Part shown: positions 35,405 to 48,539 of the stretch, piece after piece
Position numbering within the stretch: position 1 is the first letter of the stretch
How the letters are laid out: every line of letters begins with the position of its first letter
From: Rhizophagus irregularis
Taxonomy: Eukaryota
NCBI RefSeq assembly: GCF_026210795.1
Contig: NC_089431.1
Location: 1,240,001-1,304,000 of the forward strand
Length of the DNA stretch: 64,000 nucleotides
Reading direction: 5' to 3'
Notes under the pieces: generated by a model
Database searches by the model: none
What the model saw: the letters and a program-made list of their open reading frames with translations, nothing else
Told to the model about the DNA's origin: nothing
Program-made: the position numbers and the translations under genes

Positions 35405-38158
35405 ACCCAAGTAAAAATCTTTATGGACTTTTTCAGCATTATGGATATTTAACAGTCCAAATAAATTGGTAATATTATAAATATCATTGTTTAAATAGTA
35501 ATAATTTCTCGAATTTCTACTATCATATAATCTTTGGGATTTGAATCTTGAGTTATTCTCATATAAATAACGATACTTTCAAAATAAATCTGAATATAAG
35601 ATTATTTTTATTTTAGTTACCTCATTTAAAATATCTGTAGAATTATCCAAACTTCTTAATGCAACTTGCAATATACTTATTTTTGATTCTCAACATCCAA
35701 ACTAGGAACATATCCTTCAGGCCATTTAACTAAATAAATTTTACTAAAATTTTGTTTCGCAATCCCGTGATCTTATATTGAGATAATCACGTGACAATCG
35801 GGCAATGGCGATACCGTAGCAAAAAATATTCGCTGTCTTATCACTGCACCCGATTGAATTTTACTTAATTGAAGTATTTACTATAAGAATCTTACAAAAT
35901 CTCGATATCATTTAAAAATTAAATAATGAATTTACTTTGAGAAAATAGTACAATCTAACATAGCTTATTGCCAATTACTAATAAATGAACCTCATTCAAC
36001 AAATACAATTTCTCTTTTAATTCAGGCTAAAATAATTCTTTTTTCACAAAAACAAAAAATAAGAACATTACATCATTTATATTTAAAATTGTAATCAATT
36101 AAAATATTATAACTTTTTAAACTGAATACCATTATCTCCTTTAATTTTTAAAGTTGACGATAAATAATAAATCGAATATCACGTTCTAAATAAAGTATAC
36201 AGTGTATATTATCGACAATATCGATCATTTATTTACTCCATGAATATATTTTATATTTAATTTAAGGGAGATTTGTGTTAAAAAAAGAGACGCTCAACTT
36301 TGATTACAAACGTTTGAAAGTGAAATGCTATTCTGATATCATGATAAAAATAAATTACTTGAGTTACAAATAATTATAAATTTGTTATTACTTTATATAC
36401 AGTGTATTTAAAAGTGATTTATTTTTATATTTATTATTTAGTTTAATAAGAATAATTTTTTTTTTCAAGTTATCTAAGATCCATCTAAAATTATTTTTGA
36501 GACGAGTTTAAAAAAAATCGTCAGTATATTTTCTTTCATGAAACAGAAACTACAATCGTATCCGCAGTAATCACCCCGGAAAATATTGGTTCATTTGTCA
36601 TCTTATAATTTTCTTTCATTTCATTCCAATACAATAAGTTCATAGAATATATTATGTTCGCGATCTTAGAAAACAAAAATAATATGATCAAAATTTTGTT
36701 CAACTAAGAATATTAAAAGAAATTTATCTTCTAAAATTCTTCTGCATCAATTTATTTGATTATTAACCAGTTTAATGACGAAAGTAAAGTATTTAATTAA
36801 TTATAGATCACGCTATTCATACTGGATCAAAATTAACTAATTATAAGCAAAACAAGAATGTTTGTTGGTTGCTATATTTTTTATGTAAACGTTACTATCA
36901 AATTTTATAAACGAAAAATTATTTTTAAACGAAATGAAAAAAAAATTAATTATAAGATATGTAATGAGCGTTACTTTAACAAAATAAAATACTTTTATGA
37001 TAATAAATTCAATCTTCCGACTTGGAATAAAGTATAATATGTATAATACCTTAAAAAAGTTTGTGCAATAAATTTAATAATATCGTATTAGTCATTTATA
37101 TGATATCAAGGTTCTCGAGAATCGAGGTATTGAAAGATTTTAATTTCTAGAAAACATTACATTTATTGATGAAGCAAGCAAGTAACATTCAATCAATGGA
37201 ATCATGAAAAAGATAGTAAATGTTATTCCATAACATTATTTATTAATCAAAGTATTTTAACATCCGAAATGAAATTAGGATTACGCCCGTTCTTATTACA
37301 TCGAATTCAGTTGCATAGGCGTTATATAGTACCTTATATTATAAACACTTAATTACATGTATGACATTAGATGTAATTACAGAGCATACTAAATAAATAA
37401 AGAACGATCATATCCTGCTCATTCAAGTCTTAAGTTAAAGATTCCATTTTCCAAACGTGAAAATTATTACGGTTTTCCTATATTACAGCTACTTTAGAGT
37501 TTTTGGCATCCATTCTGACAGAATAATAATGTAACTTTCTTAGAAATTGTGATCAACGAATTATTTGAATTAAATAGGCATTGGTATTACTGATCTTAAC
37601 TAAAAAATGTCTAAGCTCATTTCATATCATGTGAAAATATATTGCATTTACCCTAATCCTAACGAGTTTAGATCCATTACAAATTAAATCGACAGCATAA
37701 AATTTACTTTTATTATTATAAATATTGATTGGTACACATTTAACTTTTAATATTGAATTATCCAATGAAAACTTATGTAGTTGTCATATATTCTTCAATT
37801 TGTAAATTATATAATTTAATAAAAAAAACATTTTAAATCTCTACAATATGAAATTAGTTATCAAAATTTTAACCGATTCCTTATTTATCTAAATGGTTTC
37901 CCAGTTGTTCGATTAGGTAATAGTTTACAATAATAATGTGCGGCTGACAAAATTGTTGATTCTGATTGGTATGCATTGTGGCTTCAGATGTGCATGATGC
38001 AATTATTGCATGTTGTGCAAATTTTTGTATACATTTAGCTCTGAGCTAAACGTTCACTAAATTTGTTTCAATAATTTTCATTCATTATTAAGTAAATAGC
38101 AGTACTACACATAGTTAAATTCACCGTAGTTAACACATTTATTTCGTAATTGACAAGT

Positions 38159-40092
38159 ATGGAATTGTTAAAAAAAATATTCAAAAAAAAGCCAAGAAAT
38201 ACTAGTATGGAAATTTTGAATAAAATATCCAAAGAAAAGCCAAGAAATTTATGGAAAAGGGTTGATTTTAATGAATATCAGGTGAATGTTATTTCAACTT
38301 ATACTTTATTATAAATATTATGATTAATTAACACATATATTTGATTACTTATTTAGATTCATGCAATTTCTTCTATTGATTCTACTACCAAATCGGAAGA
38401 GATTGATGATAAAGTAGTTTATATGGAAGACTTAGAAAAAAGAAAAAAAGCATATGGTACATGTGGAGAATGTAATGAACCTGGCACAGGAGAAAATTGG
38501 TGTCAATCTTGTAATTCAAAAAGATTTAAGGGAAATTTTAAAAATTGGACTAGTGGAAATAAAGATATTGATGAAATAGTACAATATTCACAACTTAATT
38601 CTTTACACTGTTTTAACTGTCTTGAATGGATATCTTTTGAGAAATTTCAAAATGTTACCTATATTACCAGAGGAGGCTTTGGTAAAATTTACTCAGGTGA
38701 ATGGTCTGAAGGATATATTGATTATTGGGATATTGAAAATCAAAAATGGTACCGAAACGCAGGTCAAACAGTTGCATTAAAAAGTTTGGATAATTCTTCT
38801 GAAATTAGTGCTGATTTTATAAATGAGGTAATTAAATAAAAAAAAATTAATTTAATGTGCATTATATCTAAATTGTCATTGTTTTTATTAAATTTTTTTT
38901 AAAAAAATTTAATTATTAGATCAAATCTCATCTTCAGATTTATTGTCAGGGTATTGTTCTCTGCTTTGGAATAACTCAAGATCAAAATACCAAAGATTAT
39001 ATGATGGTTTTAAAATATTGTGAAGAAGGAAATTTAAGAAATTACTATTTAAATAATTACGATGATACTATAAAACTTTATAGATTATCAGCAATTGCAA
39101 ATGGACTGTTAAGTATCCATAATGCTGAAAAAGTCCATAAAGACTTTCATTCAGGCAATATATTGTATGGTGGTGCTATGTTGATAAGTGATTTAGGAAT
39201 GTGTCAACCAGCAAATAATAAAGAGAAATCAGATAAAAAAGAAGGAGTTTATGGAGTATTACCTTATATGGCACCAGAAGTTTTACGTGGATGTCAATAT
39301 ACAAAAGCAGCTGATATTTATTCATTTGGAATAATTATGAATGAGTACCTTTCTGAAGAAATTCCTTTTAGTGATATTCCTCATGATCATATTTTAGCTG
39401 TTAAAATATGTAAAGGACTTAGACCAAAAATTTCTGAAGATATTCCAAAATTTCTTGTAGATTTAATTATGAAATGTTGGGATGCTAAAGCTGAAAATAG
39501 ACCAACTGCTAAAGAATTGTATCAAATATTAAAGAAATATTGGAAAACAAATGAAATTCGTTCTCAAATGTGGGAATATGATGATAAAATTAGAGAAAAA
39601 AATTTAAAAAACAGATCGAATGACAATAAGTCTGAAAGTATTAAAACTCATCCTCAAGCAATCTATACAAGTAGACTTTTAAATTTTAAAAATCTTCCTG
39701 AACCAGTAAATTCATCAGATTTATCATTATTTCAAGTTAATTCAGGTAAATCTTCAATTTTAATTTGAATTATGAAAATTTTATTCAAGTTTTAATAACA
39801 ATATTAACAAATATCCAATTTTTTTAATAATAGATGATGTTCCATCAGCATCAGAAAATCTAAGTAAGTATAACCATTATTATTACACGGCCCTATAGGA
39901 CCATCATGCACATGTTGTACCAATATTTAGCATATCGTGCTTATAATATAATGATTTCATACCATTATTAAGCACACCCCGTCGCCTCGTGCAATAACAT
40001 ACAATTAATTTGTAATTATAAATTCATATTTTATTTTACATTACATTGTTGTTTAATTTATAGTTTCAGAATGTTTTGATTGCAAAATTTAA
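38159..40092 (+). CDS. TKL-like kinase copy K2; exons 38159-38281, 38357-38827, 38920-39745, 39834-39863, 40064-40092
   Basis: In-frame GT-AG splicing; RGGFGKIY, VALK, HKDFHSGN, DLG, YMAPE. Confidence 0.9.
39880..39997. mobile_element. 118-bp insertion in K2 intron 4 with ends TTATTACACG...CGTGCAATAA (putative non-autonomous Crypton module)
   Basis: Absent from the equivalent introns of K1 and K3; 9/10 terminal inverted repeat resembling module arms at 11264-11347. Confidence 0.6.
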
Positions 40093-42082
40093 TAAATCAG
40101 GTAAAATGATTTATTTGGAGTGATTTATTATTTTATCAATAGTTTTTTCGTCTAATTTTATTTAATTATTTTAATAATAGATCTCAATGAAATTAATCAA
40201 GATGATGATAATTTGATGATGGTCTTAAATCATGGTAGGTTTTTTCGGAAATAATCAGAATATTTAGTTTATATTTTTATTTACTTTTGTATTATATATG
40301 TCTTAGTGAAAATTTTTATAATATACAAATATATGATATAGTATATATTATGAAATATATTATTTATTGGGAGGGTTTTTGTGTTAAAAAAGACACACCA
40401 ACTTTGATTATAAACGTTAAAAGCGAAATTCTTGGCAAATAGAATTCTGATAAAAGAAAGTTTATTTGATTATCTGAATAAATTTTTAAATAAAATTTAT
40501 TCTTTCTTTTTTAGACTTTAATTGATCTGTCTGAAATTATTTTTGAGGTGAAGGTTGAAAAAAATCGTGTATTTTTTATGAAACAGAAACTGCAATTGCA
40601 TCCGCAGTAATAACTCCAGAAAAATATTAATCTTATAATTTTCTTTTATTTCATTTCAAGTTTAATTATTACGTTCACAATATTAAAAGATAAAAATAAT
40701 AAATTGATCCAATTAAGAATTTTTATCTTCTAAAATTCTCCTGCACCAATTTATTTGATTATTAACTGAACCAGTTTAATGACGAAAGTAAAGTATTTAA
40801 TTAATTATAGATCATGCTATTCACGGACTGGAAGCAAAATAAGAATGTTTGTTGGTTGTTATATTTTTATATAAACATTACTATTTAAATTTATAAATGA
40901 AAAATTATTTTTAAACGAAATGAAAAAAAATTAATTATAAGGTATGTAATGAGCGTTACTTTAACAATGCAAAATAAAAATACTTTTATAATAATAAATT
41001 CAATTTTTCATCTTGGAATAAAATATACTAATATATACAATACATTTCTTTTAAAAAAGTTTATATAATAAATTTAGTAATATTGTACCAGCCATTTTAT
41101 ATGATATCAAAGGTTCTCGATAATCGAGACATTGAAAGATTTTTTTTTTTTAGAAAACATTACATTTATTGAAACAAGTAACATTCAATCCACGGGATCA
41201 TGGAAAACGATAGTAAATACTATTTCTATAATATTATTTATTAATCAAAGTATTTTAAAATGTGTTCACTATTATACTTTCTATTAACGATAGCGTGTCT
41301 TTTAAAGAATCCGAAATGAAATTGGGATTACGCCATTCTTATTACATCGAATTGCATAGGCGTTATAAAGTAAATATAAAAGTAATCAATTTTTAATATT
41401 ATAAATAGACATTAAACGTAGTTACAGAGCATAAATAAATAAAAGAACGATCATCATGTCCCTGCTTATTCAAGTCACCATCATATTAAGTGAAAGATTT
41501 CACTTTCCAAACGTGACGGTTTTCTTATATTATAGTTACTTAGAGTTTTTTGTATCTATTCCAACAAAATAATAATGTAACTTTCTTCACGCAATTGTGA
41601 CCATCAAATATCATTGAAAATGTAACAAATTATTTGAATTAAATACACAAACTTTTAATATTTAAATATAGGAAAATTTATATAATACTAGTTATCATAT
41701 ATTCTTCAATTTGTAAATTATATAAATTAATAAAAAAACTTATTAAATATCTGAAGTATGAAATTTAGTCATCAAAATTTTGACCGATTCCTTATTTATC
41801 CAAATGGTTTCACAGTTGTTCGATCAGGTAATAGTTGACAATAATATGTGCGGCTGACAAAATTGTTGATTCTGATTGGAATGGAGATGTGCATGATGCA
41901 ATTAATGCATGTTGTGCAAATTTTTGTATACATTTAGTGAAAATAACATTACGATCTTTACGTTCACTAAATTTGTTTTAACAGTACTATACATACAGTA
42001 TATAAAATTACTGTTAATAACTCATTTTGAAATTGGTTCGAAATTGTTAAAAAAGATATTCAAAAAGCCAAGAAATACTAGT

Positions 42083-43983
42083 ATGGAAATTTTAAATAAA
42101 ATATCCAAAGAAAAGCCAAGAAATTTATGGAAAAAAGTTGATTCGAATAAATATCATGTAAATGAAATTTCAATTTATAATTTATTATAAATATTATGAT
42201 TAATTAACAAATATATTTTGGTTACTCATTTAGAAACATGTTACAATTTCTTCTATTGATTCAGCTACTAAATCAGAAGAGATTGATGATAGAATAATTT
42301 ATATGGATGAAATAGAAAAAAGAAAAGAAGTATATGGTATATGTGGAGAATGTAATGAACCTGGCATGGGAGAAAATTGGTGTCAATCTTGTAATTCAAA
42401 AAGATTTAAGGAAAATTTTAAAAATTGGACTAGTGGAAATAAACATATTGATGAATTAATACAACATTCACAACTTAATTCTTTACACCGCCTTAATAGT
42501 CTTGAATGGATACCTTTTGAGAAATTTCAAAATGTTACCTATATTACCAGAGGAGGCTTTGGTAAAATTTATTCAGGTGAATGGCCTGAAGGAGATATTA
42601 GGTATTGGGATATTGAAAATCAAAGATGGAAAAGAAACATAAATTGTAAAGTTGCATTAAAAAGTTTGGATAATTCTTCTGAAATTAGTGCTGATTTTAT
42701 AAATGAGGTAATTAAATAAAAAAAATTTAGTGTTCATTATGTTTAAATTGTCATTGTTATTTTTATTAAAAAATTTTAATTATTAGATCAAATCTCATCT
42801 TCAGATTTATTTTCGGGGTATCATTTTCTGCTATGGACTAACTCAAGATCCAAATACCAAAGATTATATGATGGTTTTAAAATATTGTGAAGAAGGAAAT
42901 TTAAGAAATTACTATTTAAATAATTATTGTGATACTGTAAAACTTTATGAATTATCAAGCATTGCGAATGGACTGTTAAGTATCCATAATGCTGAAAAAG
43001 TCCATAAAGACTTTCATTCAGGAAATATATTATATGGTGGGGCTATATTTATAAGTGATTTAGGAATGTGTCAACCAGCAAATGTGATGTCAGGTAAAGA
43101 AGGAGTTTATGGAGTATTACCTTATATGGCACCAGAAGTTTTACGTGGATATCAATATACAAAAGCAGCTGATATTTATTCATTTGGAATAATTATGAAT
43201 GAGTTTCTTTCTGAAGAAATTCCTTTTAATGATATTCCTCATGATCATATTTTAGCTGTTAAAATATGTAAAGGACTTAGACCAAAAATTTCTGAAGATA
43301 TTCCGAAATTTCTTGTAGATTTAATTATGAAATGTTGGGATGCTAAAGCAGAAAATAGACCAACTGCTAAAGAATTATATCAAATATTAAAAAAATGGGA
43401 TAAAGAAGATGAGAAATTCAATAGTGAAATTCGTTCTCAAATGAGGGAATGTTATACAAAAATTAGAGAAAAATCACTGAAAAACATTTCAAATGAAAAT
43501 AAGTCTGAAAGTATTAAAACTCATCCTCAAGCAATCTATACAAGTAGACTTTTAAATTTCAAAAATCTTCCAGAACCAGTAAATTCTTTAGATTTATCAT
43601 CATTTCAAGTTGATTCAGGTAAATTTTCAATTTTAATTATGAAAAAATCTTATCCAAGTTTTAACGATATCAATTTTTTTTTTTTTAATAATAGATGATG
43701 TTTCATCTGTATCAGAAAACCTAAGTAAGTAGTACATAATAATTAATTATTTTTGTAATTATAAAATTTACTTTATATTTTATTTTAACATTATATTATT
43801 ATTTAATTAATTTATAGTTTCAGAATGCTTTGATGTTCAATTCAGTGAATCAGGTAAAATAATTTATTTGAAGTAATTTATTATCTTATTAATAGTTTTC
43901 TCATCTAATTTTATTTAATTATTCTAATAATAGATCTCAACGAAATTAATCAAGAAGAAGATAATTTGAATGATGAGTCTTAA
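42083..43983 (+). CDS. TKL-like kinase copy K3; exons 42083-42157, 42234-42707, 42787-43618, 43695-43724, 43818-43853, 43934-43983
   Basis: In-frame GT-AG splicing; all kinase motifs as in K2; ends ISECFDVQFSESDLNEINQEEDNLNDES*. Confidence 0.9.
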
Positions 43984-45919
43984 AATAATAATAATAATAA
44001 TAATATTTCGAAATCAAATATTTTAGAAGAGCTACGACTATAATTTGACTCTCAATGTTCCTATTAATCATATTGCCATCGGTTTATTATAAATTATTAG
44101 TAGATTTTTTTCTGGATTAGTCAGAATATTGCAGTATTTAATAAACTTAAAGTTAGTATCATATTTAAATATTTTTATTTAACTTAGTTTATATTTTTAT
44201 TTATTTTAGTATTTTATATCTTAGTAGAAATTTTTATGACAGGATCAAATAAGCGAAAAATAAAATATATTAAAAATATATTATTATTGGGAGGGTTTTG
44301 CGTTGATAAAGAGACGCTCAACCTTGATTGCAAACGTTAGAAAGCGAAATGCTTGGCAAATAGCATTCTGATGATACCAGGATAAAAAAAAATTTATTTG
44401 AGTTAGCTGGTCTATTAGTAAATATTAAGAAATCTTTAAAATTATCTTTATATTTAAAAGTGATTTGTTTTTTATTTATTATTATTAGTTTTTTTATCTG
44501 AATAAATTTTTAAATAAAAAATTTTTTTTTCTTTATGTTATCTAAGAATTTAATTGATTCCTCTAAAATTAATTTTGAGGTGAGAGTTGAAAAAAATCGT
44601 ATATTTTCTTTTATGAACCAGAAACTGCACTAGTATCTGCAGTAATCACTCCAGAAAAATATTAGTTCATATTATAATTTTCCTTTCTTTCCAATAGTAC
44701 AATAAGATAAGTTTAATAAAATATATGGTCACAATCTTAAAGGACAAAAATAATAAATCGACCGAAATTCGTTTCAGTTAAAAATTTTTTATCTTCTAAA
44801 TTCCTCCTGTGCCAATTTATTTGATTAATAACCAGTTTATTGATGAAAGTAAAGTATTGAACTGACATAGACCACGCTATTCACGATTATCGGATCAAAT
44901 TAACCAATTACAAACAAAACAAGAATGTTCATATTTTTATATAAACGTTTACAAATGAAAAAATTATTTTTAATCGAAACGAAAAAAAACTATTTATTAT
45001 ATTATCTTTTATTTTCACAAAATAAAAATACTTTTACAATAATGAATTCAATTTCAAGATTTTTTCATTACATCTGAAACAAGTAACGTTATATTATTTT
45101 TTTTTTAATATCGGATTTTTAATATTAAAAGAAATAAATCGAATGAATCGACTATCATACCATTCTATTATACTTATATACTGTACTTAACGTTAATAAT
45201 AACGTACTTTTTTAAAAAAATCTGAAATAAATTGGAATTACGCTCGCTCTTATATTGAATTGCAAGTAGTATCTTCACTTAAATATAAAAGTAGTCAATT
45301 TTTAATCTTTATAAATACTTTATTATGACAACATTAAATGTAATTACAGAACATGCCTTATTCTTTGGCATCTATTCCGGCAGAATAATAATGTAATTTC
45401 TTCACGTAATTGTGACTGAAAAAAATTCCAAATATCATTTGATGGAGTAATAATGTTACTGGCCTTAACTAAAAATGATTAAGCTCGTTTCATATCATGT
45501 GAACAAATATACAATATTATTTCTATCGAGTTTTGACCTAAAATAGTGTGACTTACTACATTTAAAGCCTAAATGAATGGATCATATTGTTAATTGTCGA
45601 TTTGCCATAGAAGATAAAGTTAAATTATTCATATCAAAAGAGCAAAAAAATCGAAGTGCCAGAAAAAATAACAGTCAAAATAACGTAAAAATTAGAATTT
45701 ACATAACAACTTAACATGATTTATAACATCTTATCTTTTTCATACTGCTTTTTACATCATTATACAAACATTTTTAACAGTTCATTTAATAATAAGCGCC
45801 TATTTATTAAAAATTTATATATATATAAGATTTAATTAATTTACCAAATTAAATTAATAATATCAGTTTTTATTAGTATATATATTTATGTATATTATAT
45901 ACCACATAATCTAATTAAC

Positions 45920-46095
45920 AAGGTATATTTAAGTTCTTCTGTAAGGTCTTTTGTTATCATAATTTTATATTCTTCTTTATAAATTCCTAATAAATTTCCA
46001 TTGCTACTTCATTATTATGAAATCCTATATAAATATCTTGATTAACCATATCAATCTTACCACCATTAGGTCCTAAAATATATCTTTATAAACTA
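45920..46095 (-). pseudogene. C-terminal fragment of a methyltransferase paralogous to 2864-4126
   Basis: ILGPNGGKIDMVNQDIYIGFHNNEVAME..GIYKEEYKIMITKDLTEELKYT aligns with IMGPNGGKAGLVMQDISISFY..GISEEEYKNMAEKDLIEEYKQT. Confidence 0.75.
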
Positions 46096-46507
46096 TTGGG
46101 CGTATTTTGATTTGATTTATAGGTAAAAATGGCAGAAATCAAGCAGTTAGCAGAAATCCAAGATAAATTAGGATCATTCCTCTTCGACAAGTTTATCCTG
46201 AGAGTGTTATCAAAAGGCATATGCAAGCAATTGATTTCTGATATGTTAATGGAGACCCCAATAATCCACTTTTATATCAATATCCCTAATCCGATGTTTA
46301 AAATTACATTATGAAATAGCTTTATGTATTTGTTATTGATTTAACAATTTATGGTTTTTTTTTTATACTGGGAATGCAAAAATGTCACGTGTTGAAAATG
46401 TCACGCGATGTTAGAATGATCGATAATTCTTATATAAGCATGTTTTTGATTGTCATTTTCAGTAGGTGCATAATTTTTTTTCACAAGCACAAATACACAT
46501 AAACGTC

Positions 46508-47120
46508 ATGTCTTCAAAACTCTCCACCTTCTCCTCAAGCTTAAAAATGGAAGAAGTTTCAATGGCGGACGTTGCTAAGGGTCTAAATTACAGAAAAGCT
46601 TATCGAATATTTGCAAAAAGGCTTTAAAACTTGATGATATTAAAATTCTTCTTAGAGAGAAAATTGTTGTACCTGACTTTCTTAGCAAAAGAGAAATGTT
46701 GGTTTGGCATTAGGATCAGTAACGAGACTTGTAGACTCATTGAAGGCCTCAGCCAGAAATTATGCAATTATCCTTCATATAGATCTCTTGACGAATTGAA
46801 GAAAATTTTGTTTTAGAAATAAGGTCAATGGAGAAGATATGATAGCTTACTCCTGGTGAGTGAATACACTCTTAATATTACTTCGATTTATAATGGACCA
46901 TCGTGTATAATAATTTATTTTCTTTTCCTTGCAGCCTACGAGGAAATTCCGTTATTTATTTTGTTTTTTTCTTCATTTTATCTAGTAAACGTATTTATAT
47001 ATTAACGTAGAAATGGGAACAAGGTGAGAGACAATCCGCAAGAATTCACGAGTTTCATCGTGCGAATGATTCTTATAAACGATTGCAACATTACCAGAAG
47101 AGAATGGCCCCTAGTCCGGT
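46508..47120 (+). pseudogene. Frameshifted spliced gene with a SAM-like N-terminal domain (Crinkler-like family in AM fungi)
   Basis: MSSKLSTFSS..VSMADVAK..TEKLIEYLQK..LKLDDIKILLREKIVVPDFL; GT-AG introns at ~46856-46934; family assignment from memory. Confidence 0.45.
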
Positions 47121-48539
47121 AAGAATCTTTAATTATTTTTTAATATTTAATTAATATTCACTAAATTTACTAAATTTCTTTCTTTTAACGTTGCAAATTT
47201 ATTTTATCGATCTTTCACGCATCTATCGTATTGCAAAATAACTTACTTTCAAGATATCTTCATAGTATTACAAAATATATCTGTTGAAGAATCAACCGGA
47301 CAAATCGATTGCGCAATCAAAAGTCTGAATGACTTCCTTTATATCACTGAAGGAAAGTCTTGCGCCTTCAAAATAGGTTATGCATAGGTACTGTAATTCT
47401 ACTACTTGCGTTTTTTTTAGGAGATTCAATGACATTAACACCGACATTTTATTTCTTAGAATCTGGCACAACTTGAAAGTGTATACTAAATAAATAAGAT
47501 GGAACAAACCACGGATCAAGCATTTTGGTAGTAACAGTTATTTTGACTACTTCTGTGCTGAATTCTACAAGTGGCAGCGAGTACCAATTGTGGGTTGTTG
47601 AAGGATGGATTAGTACCGATAGTTTTCCAGCTAGCAAGAGGGCTAGAATCAAAAAAAAATCGATCAAAAAATGATGGGCATCAAAACAGATAGGCGCTAG
47701 TGAAGCGCTTCACATTTTTTTTTACTTTGCTTTCGTGTATTATCGGCTATGTCCCGACACTTGTAATTTATTTTTCATATAATAATAAAAAATTAATATC
47801 GTGTAGCATTATTTTTTTTGCTTTGGTCAACATGATAACAGGCACCTAGCAACTTTAATGCCGCTAGCATGTATTATGCGGTTATATAGCAATATGATAG
47901 TGGCTACATTTTATAAGGAAATATTTTATCAATTTACGTTAATATTCATACGGTACAGTACTATTTTTGAATAATGTTAATTTTTTCATAAATATTATTC
48001 AAAAATATTGATTTTATTATTAACTTTAATGAAAGTATGAACCGATTTTTATTTTTAATATACTTTGCAAATATATAGTAAGGATTATGCACAAGATGCC
48101 GGATCTCATAAGGCTGATTGTGGCAAAACTGAAGGATAAGCTAAAGTCTATCAGTAGTTTAAAATTGTATACGGGACGTTAATCTCAGTTATTTATCATC
48201 ACGGCTCCTCCGTGATAATTAATGATTCCCGTTAAATAACTATTACTATAGACGTTTATTTTTTTTTTATTTTTTAATGAAGGAAAGGGACGACAGACTG
48301 TTTATTATCATTATTATTTTTTTTTGTACAAGTTATTTTTATTTATATATAGTTAATTAGTGAAAGAAATTATGTACAATTTTTTTATATATATTAACAA
48401 GAAATTAAGTTGATTAAGAAAGCGAAACCTTAACAGCTACATAAAGAATAAAATTTTAATTTTCTTTAAGTTATAATTAATACTATGTACTGCAAATAAT
48501 TACAGTAATGATAAAAATATTATAATGTTGTAGAACTGC

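Larger units (their letters stand above)
33600..35760 (-). pseudogene. Decayed K1/K2/K3-family kinase interrupted by several insertions
   Basis: Minus-strand fragments in correct order: SKIYLVKWPEG..VALRSLDNS..LNE-gt (35750-35620), GLLNIHNAEKVHKD (35460-35415), SPEILRG..ADIYSF..NDIPH (34330-34199), ICKGL..LIMKCWDAK (34029-33910), PQAIYTSR (~33785). Confidence 0.85.
36260..45505 (+). repeat. Segmental tandem duplication of a ~4-kb unit (upstream region plus kinase gene): two full copies from ~36260 and ~40365, and a partial gene-less copy from ~44285
   Basis: Shared anchors: AAAGAGACGCTCAACTTTGATTACAAACG and variants (36285, 40390, 44308), CCAGTTTAATGACGAAAGTAAAGTATT, GTGCGGCTGACAAAATTGTTGATTCTGATTGG. 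Confidence 0.9.

Noticed and set aside
37650..37665. Telomere-like CCCTAATCCTAA
   Set aside because: Only two imperfect units; consistent with chance.
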